Origin: Acidimicrobiia bacterium
GTDB taxonomy: Bacteria > Actinomycetota > Acidimicrobiia > Spongiisociales > Spongiisociaceae
Reading direction: 5' to 3'
NCBI GenBank assembly: GCA_041576165.1
Contig: JBFGLM010000010.1
Span: 32,001 to 96,000 of the forward strand
Length of the DNA: 64,000 nucleotides
Each line of letters starts with the position of its first letter. The stretch's first letter is position 1. The position numbers and the translations under genes are program-made. The notes under the pieces were generated by a model that saw nothing but the letters and a program-made list of their open reading frames with translations, had not been told where the DNA came from and did no database searches. Below, one piece after another: positions 50,943 through 60,815 of this stretch.

Positions 50943-51125
50943 CTCGTGTGCTGCAACGGCATCGCCCGGGCGATGGGCCTCCCCCGGAACCGGGAGCCCG
51001 AGCCCAAAGGTCTCACAGGCCGTCCGTACACTCTCCCAGAAGGCTAAAGCACACTAAAACCGATCCAAAAAAGACTAGACGCGTCTACAGGCCCACAGCC
51101 AGGGATGAATCCAGGGGGGTGTTCA

Positions 51126-52277
51126 GTGGCGGCCGACAACCCGTTCGCCCCGACCTTTGGGGCCTCCCCGCCGATCCTGGCCGGGCGTGATGACATTCTG
51201 GACGATATCGACGACGCGCTGGCCACGGGCCCCACGCATCCCGATTACACCACCCTGCTGATCGGTATCCGCGGCGCGGGCAAAACCGTGATGCTCAACG
51301 CGGTCGAGGATCTCGCCCGCCGCCGGGGCTGGCTGGCAGTGTCCGACAACGCCTCACCACCCGGATTGCTGCTACGCCTCACCCGTTCGACTAGCAGCAC
51401 AGCTGACCGAGTTCGAAGATGCCGAGCCCGAGCGGCGGATCAAGGGTGTGACCGAGGCAGGGTTCGGCGTGGAATTTCAGATCAGCGAGGAGACCGCGGC
51501 CGTCCGCGACCTGCGGGCGGTGCTGACGGCGCTCGGTGACATCCTCGCCGATAACGGCACAGGTCTGATCATCACCCTCGATGAGGTGCAAAGCGGAGAA
51601 CTCAACGAGATCCGCGAGTTCGGCGCGGTCCTCCAGCACGTGACCCGGCGGGAGGGGCGACCGGTTGCGTTCGTAGGGGCCGCCCTGCCTCAGATCGAGG
51701 ACGGTCTGCTGTCGGACAACGCGGTGACGTTCCTCCAGCGGTGCCCCCGTTATGACGTCGACCGCCTGAGCCGCGAGGCCACCCGGCTGGCGCTGGCCGG
51801 ACCAATCGAACAAAGGGGCGCCACAATCGATCCGGACGCGCTGGACAGTGCGATCGCAGCCACTGCGGGCTACGCCTTCATGATCCAGCTGGTCGGCTTT
51901 CACACTTGGAAGGCGGTGCCCGACCCGGCGTCGGGTATCAGCCCGGCAGAGGCGGAGGAAGGGATTGCCGAGGCCCGGCGTAGAATCGGCCGGCTCGTGC
52001 TCGCTCCGACCTGCCGAGGACTCTCGGAAGTCGATCGCCGTTTCCTGCTGGCGATGGCGCGTGACACCGGCGAGTCGCGGTTGGCCCGTCGCAACCCGGC
52101 TCGACGTGAACATCAAATACGCCGGCGTCTACCGCCACCGCCTCATCAACGCCGGCATGATCGTGCCGACGGGCAAGAGCAGGATCGACTTCGCACCCGG
52201 GCACCCGAGAATGGCTGCGCTCGGACCCGACCTTCGCGGCGACACGTCTTCCCGGCGACCAACCGGCCGAATCGTGA
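51126..52277 (+). pseudogene. Frameshifted AAA-family ATPase with C-terminal wHTH
   Basis: NPF.P.FG..P..LAGR, GIRGAGKT, LDEVQ, YR.RLI.AG.I split over frames; shifts near 51390, 52085, 52200. Confidence 0.7.
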
Positions 52278-52292
52278 CGGCCCGTTCGGCCG

Positions 52293-54329
52293 TCAGTGCG
52301 TCGCAGCTTCAGGGTCACTGCGCAACGTCGCGTCCACCACCTTCCAACCGTGCTCGGTCCACATCAGAGGATTGATGTCCAGCTCACGAAGGTCTGGCAG
52401 CGCCGCGGCGGCCTGACTCACACGCACCACGATCTGGGCCAGCTCATCGAGATCCGCGGGACGACCGCGGCGGGGATGGGTGAGCAAGCGCACCCCCTGC
52501 AGGGAGTCGATCATCGTTCGAGCATGTGAACGGGCGACTGGAGCAGGGGCGGTCGCGACGGCCCCCAGAACCTCAGCTGCCACGCCGCCGACGCCGACCA
52601 TGACCATCGGTCCGAACGTCGAATCCCGGACTGAGCCGACGATGACCTCAGGGCCCGCCACCATTTCTTCGATCAGCACGTCCGCGACGGATTGCCCCGT
52701 GACCTCGGCCAGGCGCCCGAATGCCTCCTCAACCTCGGCGGCGCGCCGCAGATCGACGACCACGGCACCGGCCTCGGTCTTGTGGGCGAGGTCGAGGCCG
52801 ATCGCCTTGGCCACAACCGGATATCCGATCTGGTTGGCGGCCGTGATCGCCTCCACCGGTGTGCGGGTGACGACACCCCGGACGACGGCGAGACCCCAAT
52901 CCGCCAGGAGGTCCTTGGCGCCGGCTTCGGTCAGTTGCTCCCGGGGCAGCGCAGGAATGGACGGGTCTGGATCACCCGGCGGGACCGGGTCGATCCCGAC
53001 CAGCGCCACCAGCGCCTTGATCGCCGCCCGCGGCTCCTCGGTGACGGGCCGGGCCGCCGCCCGCAGCGCGTCGAGTCCCTCGGCGCTGACGTCGCCTCCC
53101 ATCCACAGGTGCACCGTAGGCGTTGTAGCGCCTAGCGCCAGCAGCGAATCGACCCGGGCAGGGGTGTGAGCCGGTGGGTGAGCGCTGGTCACGGCCAGCA
53201 CCAGGTCGTATTCGTCCCCAAACGCCTCTACCACCTGGGCGAACCGCTGAGGTCCTCCGATGATGCCGCCCATGTCGAGCGGGTTGTTGGCCGCGCCGTG
53301 CTGGAGCAGCGGCGCCAGCCGGTCCCGCAGTTCGGCGGACGGCTGGGGCAGGTGCAGGCCCGACCGCTCGGCCAGGTCAGAAAGGAGGATTGCAATGCCG
53401 CCTGAGTGGGTGACAATCCCGACCCGATCGCCGCCCGGACGCCGTGCATGGGCCAGGATCTCGGCCACGTCCAGCATCTCGGCGGGGGTTTCGGCCAGTG
53501 CGAGTCCGAGCGTCGCGGCTACGCCGGCGAAGATGCGGCCTGGCGTGGCCATTGCACCCGTATGGGTTTGCATCAATGACTGTCCGAGGGAGCCCGTGCC
53601 GATTCGGGTCACCACCACCGGCTTGCCGGCGGAGTGAGCCCGGCCGACGGCGGTCATGAAGCCGGTACCGTCGCGGACCGTCTCGAGCAGCAGCGCAATC
53701 ACCCGCACGGCGTCGAGATCAACCAGCGCGTTGATCCCATCGGCCAGGTCGAGATCGGCCTCGTTGCCGGTCGAGATCGATGCAGCTAGGCCACCGGCGC
53801 GCTCGTAAGCCAGGTTGTGGACATAGCTTCCGGTCCCGCCGCTCTGGGTCACCAGGCCTACTGGACCGGACCGGATGTGTTCAGCCGGGCGGTCGAGGCA
53901 GGTGAGGAAGCTCATCGCGACTCCGGTTCCGGCGACGATCACGCCGCCTGAGTTCGGTCCCAGGACCCGGATACCGCTGTCCCGGGCGGCAGCAATCAGA
54001 TCGGCCTGGCGGGCCGCACCGGTCGGTCCGGCCTCTGCGAATCCACCGCCGAACACGATGGCGTAGCCGGCGCCGTCCGCCTGCCGGAGGAGGTCCGGGA
54101 CGAGGTCGCCGGGTAACGCGCATACCAGCACGTCCGGTGGCTCCGGGAGGGCGGCCAGTGATTCGTAGGTCTCAACGCCGGGGATGCGGGGCCGCTTGGG
54201 ATTGACCCCCCAAACCTGACCGGGGTATCCCAGCTTGCGCAGGTTGGTGAGGACTCTGGCCCCGTGCTTCGTCGGATCGGCGGACAGCCCGACAATCGCG
54301 ATTGACCTGGGTGACAGCAAGCGGTCCAT
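52293..54329 (-). CDS. Acyl-CoA synthetase (NDP-forming; acetate-CoA ligase family)
   Basis: P.SIAIVG.S, LGPNS.G, QSG, HTG, NPLD, HKTE.G.V, DINP. Confidence 0.9.
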   Translation of the reverse strand: MDRLLSPRSIAIVGLSADPTKHGARVLTNLRKLGYPGQVWGVNPKRPRIPGVETYESLAALPEPPDVLVCALPGDLVPDLLRQADGAGYAIVFGGGFAEAGPTGAARQADLIAAARDSGIRVLGPNSGGVIVAGTGVAMSFLTCLDRPAEHIRSGPVGLVTQSGGTGSYVHNLAYERAGGLAASISTGNEADLDLADGINALVDLDAVRVIALLLETVRDGTGFMTAVGRAHSAGKPVVVTRIGTGSLGQSLMQTHTGAMATPGRIFAGVAATLGLALAETPAEMLDVAEILAHARRPGGDRVGIVTHSGGIAILLSDLAERSGLHLPQPSAELRDRLAPLLQHGAANNPLDMGGIIGGPQRFAQVVEAFGDEYDLVLAVTSAHPPAHTPARVDSLLALGATTPTVHLWMGGDVSAEGLDALRAAARPVTEEPRAAIKALVALVGIDPVPPGDPDPSIPALPREQLTEAGAKDLLADWGLAVVRGVVTRTPVEAITAANQIGYPVVAKAIGLDLAHKTEAGAVVVDLRRAAEVEEAFGRLAEVTGQSVADVLIEEMVAGPEVIVGSVRDSTFGPMVMVGVGGVAAEVLGAVATAPAPVARSHARTMIDSLQGVRLLTHPRRGRPADLDELAQIVVRVSQAAAALPDLRELDINPLMWTEHGWKVVDATLRSDPEAATH

Positions 54330-54405
54330 CAGTCGGCCATGAAGTGGTCGGACCCGGCATTGATCATGTGATCGCGCACCGCATAGCGTGGCACCGGGGG
54401 ATCGC

Positions 54406-55605
54406 TCACCCGGCCCAGGTGGCCACGATTCCCGCGCCCTCCAGCCTTGCGACGTCGTCGCCGCTCAACCCCAGCCGGTTGGTCAGGATCTCGGTTGTGT
54501 GCTCGCCCAGCATCGGGGCGTGGCGGCTGGGCATCTGCCAGTTGCTGAGCTTCATGGGGCTGGGTTGGTATGTGATGTCGCCCAGAGTCGGGTGCTGGTA
54601 GCTGCGGACCATGCTCCGCGCGTCCATGTGGGGATCGGAAAAAAGCGACTCGAAGTCATTGACCGGCGCCGATGGGATATCGAAGTGGTCGAGCACCTTC
54701 ACCCACTCTGCGCGGGACTTGGCCGTGAACGCGTGCTCCAGGATCGGCACCAGCCATTCGCGATTGGCCACCCGGGCCGCGTTATCCGCGGAGCGTGGGT
54801 CTGTCTTCAGGTCGGCTCGGTCGATGGCGTCGCACAGGTTGTGCCAGAACTTCTCGTCCCGGGCTGCGACCACGACATACCCGTCTTTCACCGGGAAGGC
54901 CTGCCAGGGGACCATGTGCGCGTGGGCTGAGCCCACCCGCCCGACTTGTTTGCCGGTTGTCAGGTAGTCGAGGGCGTCGTAGGCGAGCAAATGGACCATC
55001 GAGTCCAGCATCGACACGTCGGCGTGCTGGCCGCCCCCGTGCAGGCCCCGGCCCACCAGCGCGCCGAGAATGGAGATGCATGCGTAGATCCCCCCGGAGA
55101 TGTCGGCCAGTGGCACGCCGGCCCGCGCCGGCGGGCCGTCCGGTTCGCCGGTGATGTGCATATGTCCGCTGTAGGCCTGGATGACGAGATCGAACGCGGC
55201 CTTGTCCCGGAGCGGGCCGGTTTCCCCGAACCCGGTGATGGTGGCGGTGATGATGTCCGAGTTGTGCTGTTTGAGCGTGTCGTGGTCTACGCCCAGCCTG
55301 GCCATCACGCCGGGACGGAAGTTGTCGACGACCACATCCGCCTGCGCCACCAGTCGGTAGAAGATGTCCAGCCCTTCGGGGTGCTTCAGGTCCAGAACGA
55401 CACTCTTCTTTCCCCGGTTCATGAACAGATGGATGGCGCTGTGGTCGCCGAGCGGTGCGATCTTGTTGTTACGAGCCGTGTCACCATGGTGCGGCTCGAT
55501 CTTGATGACCTCAGCCCCAAGATCGGCCAGGATCACTCCGCCGAAGTTGCCGGCGATCACCTGTCCGAGCTCGAGAATGGTCACGCCCTCGAGCATGCGG
55601 CCCAT
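54406..55605 (-). CDS. Family III CoA-transferase (CaiB/BaiF)
   Basis: LADLGAEVIKIE, NRGKKS..LDLK, DNFRPG, catalytic D in AFDL..Q. Confidence 0.92.
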   Translation of the reverse strand: MGRMLEGVTILELGQVIAGNFGGVILADLGAEVIKIEPHHGDTARNNKIAPLGDHSAIHLFMNRGKKSVVLDLKHPEGLDIFYRLVAQADVVVDNFRPGVMARLGVDHDTLKQHNSDIITATITGFGETGPLRDKAAFDLVIQAYSGHMHITGEPDGPPARAGVPLADISGGIYACISILGALVGRGLHGGGQHADVSMLDSMVHLLAYDALDYLTTGKQVGRVGSAHAHMVPWQAFPVKDGYVVVAARDEKFWHNLCDAIDRADLKTDPRSADNAARVANREWLVPILEHAFTAKSRAEWVKVLDHFDIPSAPVNDFESLFSDPHMDARSMVRSYQHPTLGDITYQPSPMKLSNWQMPSRHAPMLGEHTTEILTNRLGLSGDDVARLEGAGIVATWAG

Positions 55606-56703
55606 TCACACCCCCCAGGTCATTTCCACGATCTCACCGGTGGCGGCGGCCTGATCGGCCGCTCGTGACATGATCAGCACGTCGAAACCGTCCCGGCCGG
55701 TGGCGATTATCGGATCTTGTTCGTTGCGGCCGGCGCTGTTGATGAAGGCAAAGGTCTCGAGTCGCATGGCCCCCCAGTGCTGGCCGAGCGCCCAATCGCC
55801 CGGCATGTAAGAGCCGAGCAGTGCCACGTTCATCCTCTCGTCCGGCGTGTATGGCGCCGGCAGGCTCTTGTTGGACGCGATCAGCACATCCCGATGGTCG
55901 TCCTTCACGCTGATCGTGCCGTCGCGCCCGAACACCTCGAAGTCCATCGTCGTGACGTTGGCCGGCCAGAATACCGGCAGCTCCCAGCTGACCCCGAGGT
56001 TGGCCACCATGCCGTCGGCGTAGGTGAGCACGCACCAGGTCGAATCGAGCGAGCCGTACTCCTCGTTGAACCGGCCCTTGGCGCCTGCGGCGTAGGCCGA
56101 GATCGGTTTCTTCCCGTCGACGTACCAGGTGAGCAGGTCGAACAAGTAAGTCATCGTGTTCACCGACGGCGTTGTGGCGTTGGCTCGCGAGATCACCGAC
56201 TTGGCCACGGCCTGGGTGAGGTAGATCGTGGCCTTGGCGCTGGTGATTGCACCCAGGTAGCCCTTTTGTACGTGCTCTTTGATCGCCAGATATCGCTGGC
56301 GGAATCGCTGGGTGAAGCCGGTATAGATGAAGACGCCGTACTCCTCGGCCGCCGCCAACAGCTTCTCGGCCTCACCGGGCAGGATCGTGAAGGGCTTTTC
56401 GATCAGCAGGTGCTTCCCCGATTGAATGGCCACCATTGCCGGCTCATAATGCGCATCTTCGGTGGAGGCGACGATGACGCAATCAACCTCGTCGCGCCGG
56501 ATGAGTTCGGCCGCGTCGATGGTCCATTCGTCGGCGTTCAGAGCAGTCGCGAGATGTTTGGCCTTGTCTTCGACGATGTCGCACACGCCGAGAAAGTCGA
56601 CGCTCGGGTGTTCATTCGCGAGAGTGGCTCGCAGCGACCCGATCGTCCCCGACCCGATGACCGCCACTCCCACCCCGTCCCGGATGTGGTTCCTGCGTGC
56701 CAT
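55606..56703 (-). CDS. Gfo/Idh/MocA oxidoreductase (group B)
   Basis: AVIGSGTIG, IEKP, GFTQRF, KDDHRD. Confidence 0.9.
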   Translation of the reverse strand: MARRNHIRDGVGVAVIGSGTIGSLRATLANEHPSVDFLGVCDIVEDKAKHLATALNADEWTIDAAELIRRDEVDCVIVASTEDAHYEPAMVAIQSGKHLLIEKPFTILPGEAEKLLAAAEEYGVFIYTGFTQRFRQRYLAIKEHVQKGYLGAITSAKATIYLTQAVAKSVISRANATTPSVNTMTYLFDLLTWYVDGKKPISAYAAGAKGRFNEEYGSLDSTWCVLTYADGMVANLGVSWELPVFWPANVTTMDFEVFGRDGTISVKDDHRDVLIASNKSLPAPYTPDERMNVALLGSYMPGDWALGQHWGAMRLETFAFINSAGRNEQDPIIATGRDGFDVLIMSRAADQAAATGEIVEMTWGV

Positions 56704-56756
56704 CTGTCTCCTCCTTGTTCGGTTGTCTGAATGGCGAAGGCCGGATTGCGCTCGCC

Positions 56757-57647
56757 TCAGCTGCCGGCGCGCGCACCGGCAGCCTCCGCAACCTCGGCGC
56801 GGGCGAGCACCGCCCGGGCCACCCGGGCGACTGCGTAGTCGACCATCTTTCCGTCGACTGCAATCGAGGCCGAACCCTCGGCCAGGGCGGCGTCGAACGC
56901 GTCGAGAATCTTGCGATGGTGGGCAATCTCTTCGGTCGAGGGAGTAAACACCTCATTTATCACGGGCACTTGGGCCGGATGGATGGCGACCTTGCCGACA
57001 TAACCCAACGTGCGCGCCAGCTCACATTCCACCCGGAGTGCGTCCAGGTTGCGGAAATCCATGAACACAGCCTCCATCGGATACTCAACCCCGGCGGCCC
57101 GGGCGTCGAGCAGAGTCTTTGCCCGTGAGTACATCAGGCCGGTGCCGGCCGGCGTCCAATCGACCCCCAGGTCGGCAACCAGGTCTCCCTGCTCGCCACC
57201 TCCGTACATGACCGTCCACACCCGCTCGGCGGTCCACATCATGTCGAAGACGTTGCGCACTCCCAGCCCACTTTCGATCAGGGGAATCACGCCGATCGAA
57301 CCAACCTGGCGTCCGGCCGCCATCTCGAGGGAGCGCAGGGCCCCGTCTACCTGGATGAGCAGGTTCGGATCCTCCGTCTTGGGGATCACAATGCCGTCGA
57401 CGGCGGCCTGCCCGCACGCCACCAGATCGTCCCAGAAGTATTCGGTCTCGGGTCCGTTGGTGCGGACGTACATCTGCACCGCAGCTCCGGGCAGCTCGGC
57501 CAGCATCCGCCGGGCGTTCGGCTTCTCCTCCCGGGCGACCGCGTCTTCGAGATCGACGATGACGCCGTCGGCTCCCGACCGGATGGCCTTTTCCACCAGG
57601 TCATGGCGGTGCCCGGGTGTGAAGATCATCGAACGCATCGGTTGCAT
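56757..57647 (-). CDS. CitE-like CoA ester lyase
   Basis: RS..F.PG, DLEDAV, VRTN, PK, LIES, GK.AIHP.Q, G.MVD. Confidence 0.9.
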   Translation of the reverse strand: MQPMRSMIFTPGHRHDLVEKAIRSGADGVIVDLEDAVAREEKPNARRMLAELPGAAVQMYVRTNGPETEYFWDDLVACGQAAVDGIVIPKTEDPNLLIQVDGALRSLEMAAGRQVGSIGVIPLIESGLGVRNVFDMMWTAERVWTVMYGGGEQGDLVADLGVDWTPAGTGLMYSRAKTLLDARAAGVEYPMEAVFMDFRNLDALRVECELARTLGYVGKVAIHPAQVPVINEVFTPSTEEIAHHRKILDAFDAALAEGSASIAVDGKMVDYAVARVARAVLARAEVAEAAGARAGS

Positions 57648-57661
57648 CGGCTAACTCCGCT

Positions 57662-58627
57662 TCATTTGATCGCCATGGGGTTCAACGGCGACCCCACCGC
57701 TTTGGTGAAGGGCAGCGGTGGGCCGCAGAACATGAATTCGTAGACGCCGTCGCCGGCACAGTCCTGGGCGAGCGGCTCGAAGTCGAAGATCTCACCCAGC
57801 CACAGGCCCATGTACACGATGAAGACGATGTGCAGCGGCTGCGCCACGTCGGGGGTCTCATTGGGCCGCACTTCCAGCCCCCACGTGTCCGTGGCGACCG
57901 CGGCGATGTCGCGTTCTGCCACCCAGTCGATGGAGGCCAGTCCCAGGCCCGGTGCGTCGCCTCCCGCGTAGTCGCCCCACTCCCCATCGGCTGCGACCTT
58001 GGCCATGGCCCCGGTGCGGATGAACACGAAATCACCGGGGCCGACGTCCAGGCCGGCGTGGGCGCAGGCTCGATCCAGCTCGTCGGCGCCGACGGCGCGG
58101 CCGGGCTCCAGCCACTCCACGCCCATTGCCCTGGGTAGGTCGAGGAGGACTCCGCGACCCACCATGCTGCCCGCAGCCTGACGCACGTCACCCTTGATGG
58201 CGCCTTTGGATGAGACGCTGTCCGCCGAGTATCCGTTGTAGATGGTGTCGTGGTAGACGACGTGACCGAGGGCATCCCATTGGGTCCCGCTCTGTAGGGG
58301 CATGATCACGATGTCGTCGGTGCCGCGGAAATGCTTGTCCACTCCCCCGTAGAAATCCCGAATCGAAGTCCCGGCGATGGCATCGGCGCCGTCCCGGATC
58401 ATCAAATGGATCGGGTTGAAGCGGCCCAGCCCGCCGGTCTGAGGGCCGTGCTCGTCGTAGGGCAGCGCCATCGAGATGGGAACACCCTTGCGGACCAGGG
58501 TCGCCGACTGCTTCACCATCTCGGGAGTGACCACGTTCAGGGTTCCCAGTTCGTCGTCCGGTCCCCATCGGCCCCAGTTGCTGTGGCGCTCGCAAAACGC
58601 GAGCAGGGTGTCGATGTTCGGCTGCAC
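57662..58627 (-). CDS. Cyclase family metal hydrolase
   Basis: NWGRWGPDDE.GTLN, QSGTQWDALGH, GRGVLLD, GSP.NP; start approximate. Confidence 0.88.
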   Translation of the reverse strand: MQPNIDTLLAFCERHSNWGRWGPDDELGTLNVVTPEMVKQSATLVRKGVPISMALPYDEHGPQTGGLGRFNPIHLMIRDGADAIAGTSIRDFYGGVDKHFRGTDDIVIMPLQSGTQWDALGHVVYHDTIYNGYSADSVSSKGAIKGDVRQAAGSMVGRGVLLDLPRAMGVEWLEPGRAVGADELDRACAHAGLDVGPGDFVFIRTGAMAKVAADGEWGDYAGGDAPGLGLASIDWVAERDIAAVATDTWGLEVRPNETPDVAQPLHIVFIVYMGLWLGEIFDFEPLAQDCAGDGVYEFMFCGPPLPFTKAVGSPLNPMAIK

Positions 58628-58794
58628 CAAGCGCTCCACTCCCTCCCATGGGCCTGTCATTCCGCCGTGTCTCGTGGCGCGAGACGCTGACTTGCGGCCT
58701 TTCGGGACCATATGCTGTAGTTCCGAGGCCTGTCAATGTGGACGCCCGGGCGGGCCCCGTCCCCGTGGCTGCGCCGCCGGAGGAGGATGACGAG

Positions 58795-59937
58795 ATGGAT
58801 GTCGTGTTCACGCCGGAGCAGGAGATGTTCCGCCAGACCGTGCGCGATTTCTGCGAACGCGAGATCACGCGGGAGTACGTCCGGGAGTGCGACCGAGAAC
58901 ATCGACCGCCCCGCGACCTGTACGACAAGCTGGGCCAGCAGGGCTGGCTGGGCATCAACATCGACGAGCAGTACGGCGGCTCCGGCGGCGGAGCGGTTGA
59001 AGTAGCGATCCTGCTCGAGGAGTTGGGGGCGGCCTTCCTCGACCTGTCCTTTTGGGTGTTCCGGGCTGTGACCTGGGGCGGCCTGGCCATCGGGCGAGAT
59101 GGCTCCGAAGAGCTGAAGAAGGAGTTGCTTCCCCAGATCAGCAGCGGCGAGAAGACGGTGTGCTTCTCACTGACGGAACCCGAGTCGGGTTCGGACGCCG
59201 CATCCATCTCCCTCACCGCAGTCGAGGATGGCGACGAGTACGTGCTGAACGGGCAGAAGGTCTTCACGTCCGGCTTCAAGGCCAGCGACCTCGACGTGGT
59301 GGCGGCCCGGACCTCATCCGAAGGTCGCAAGCATCACGGCATCACCAACTTTCTGGTCGACACTGATAGCCCGGGCATCAGCTACACCGATATCGAGACA
59401 CTCGGCCACTGGCCGCTGGGTACCGCCCATGTGTTCTTCGACAACGTGCGCGTACCCAGGGAGCGCATGCTGGGCACGTTGCACGAAGGATGGGCCGATC
59501 TCGGCGTGTACCTGCGCTACGAGCGGCTCTGCCTGTCGGCGGCCCGCACCGGGGCGGCGAAATCGGCGCTGGCCGACTCGGTCGATTACGCCCTCAACCG
59601 CGAACAGTTCGGCCAGCCGATCGCCAAGTTTCAGGCCGTGAGCCACCGGCTTGCGGAAATGCAGGTTCTGGTCGAGATCTCCGAGATGCTGACCTATCGG
59701 TACGCCTCCCGACTGGACCGGGGTGCCGCCACGGTGCGCGACGCGGCCATCTTGAAGTTGTACGCCTGTGAGGCCTACAAATCGGTGGCTGACATGGGCC
59801 TTCAGGTACTGGGAGGTTACGGCTACACTATGGAGTACGACCTTCAGCGCCACTATCGGGAGTCGCGCCTCGGTGTGATCGGGGCGGGTACGTCGGACAT
59901 CCAGCGGAACATCATCGCCAGGACGATGGGCATCTGA
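58795..59937 (+). CDS. Acyl-CoA dehydrogenase
   Basis: LTEP.SGSD, LNGQKVF, REQFG.PI..FQ, GGYG, GAGTSDIQR. Confidence 0.92.
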   Translation: MDVVFTPEQEMFRQTVRDFCEREITREYVRECDREHRPPRDLYDKLGQQGWLGINIDEQYGGSGGGAVEVAILLEELGAAFLDLSFWVFRAVTWGGLAIGRDGSEELKKELLPQISSGEKTVCFSLTEPESGSDAASISLTAVEDGDEYVLNGQKVFTSGFKASDLDVVAARTSSEGRKHHGITNFLVDTDSPGISYTDIETLGHWPLGTAHVFFDNVRVPRERMLGTLHEGWADLGVYLRYERLCLSAARTGAAKSALADSVDYALNREQFGQPIAKFQAVSHRLAEMQVLVEISEMLTYRYASRLDRGAATVRDAAILKLYACEAYKSVADMGLQVLGGYGYTMEYDLQRHYRESRLGVIGAGTSDIQRNIIARTMGI

Positions 59938-59940
59938 GGG

Positions 59941-60429
59941 ATGGGCATCATCACCGACGAAGCCCGGGCCTGGGCCGATGAGCCCTTTCCGCCGTATCAA
60001 GTCACCGTAGGCCGCACCGACATCGCCCGTTACGCTCGCGCGATCGGCGAGACCTCATCCATCCACTACGACGTCCAGGCGGCCCGAGCGGCCGGCCACG
60101 CCGACGTGGTCGCCCCGCCGTACTTTCCGTATACGGTCCGAATGCAGGCCTCCAACCTGGTGGCGAAAGATCAGCTCGCACCCGACGGTTCGGCCGTAGC
60201 CGACGTCCCACCTCTCCCCACCACCCGGGCGATGGCGGGTGAGACGGCCATCGAGTTCGGGGTTTCGGTGGTGGCAGGTGACACCCTGACCATGACCAAA
60301 CGAATTGGTGAGCTGTACGAGAAGGAGGGCCGCTCGGGCACGCTCGTGTTCGTGGTCATGGAGTTCACCTTCACGAACCAGCGGAACGAACTGGTCATGC
60401 GTGAGTCGTTCACGAGGATCTACCGATGA
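59941..60429 (+). CDS. MaoC-like dehydratase N-terminal (hotdog) subunit
   Basis: I.RYA.AIG....YD...A...G...VAPP; K.GRSG.LVFV. Confidence 0.82.
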   Translation: MGIITDEARAWADEPFPPYQVTVGRTDIARYARAIGETSSIHYDVQAARAAGHADVVAPPYFPYTVRMQASNLVAKDQLAPDGSAVADVPPLPTTRAMAGETAIEFGVSVVAGDTLTMTKRIGELYEKEGRSGTLVFVVMEFTFTNQRNELVMRESFTRIYR

Positions 60430-60815
60430 ACGTAGGCGACGAGCTCCCCGTCCTCCTGCAGGAGCCGGATCCGATCGACCTCTTTGCATTCAGCGCTGCG
60501 GCATGGCTCCTGCACCGCATTCACTACGACCTGCCCTTCACCACGGAGCACGATGGCCACCCGGGTTTGCTCATCCACGGTCCGCTCCAAGGCACCTACA
60601 TGATGCAGGCTGCCCAAGCTTTCCTCGGAGACGCTGCGACCATTCGCTCGATTCGTTACCGCCACAAAGCGCCGGCATATCTCGGTGATGCCCTTCAGTG
60701 TGGTGGGACAGTGGCCGGAGTCGAAGGCGATTCGGTGACCCTCGACCTGTGGGTGCGCCGAGACGACGGCACCGTCACGACTGAGGGGACCGCCGTATTC
60801 GAGGCAGGCCCGTGA
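60426..60815 (+). CDS. MaoC-like dehydratase subunit
   Basis: HRIHYD..F...GHPG..IHG. Confidence 0.82.
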   Translation: MNVGDELPVLLQEPDPIDLFAFSAAAWLLHRIHYDLPFTTEHDGHPGLLIHGPLQGTYMMQAAQAFLGDAATIRSIRYRHKAPAYLGDALQCGGTVAGVEGDSVTLDLWVRRDDGTVTTEGTAVFEAGP

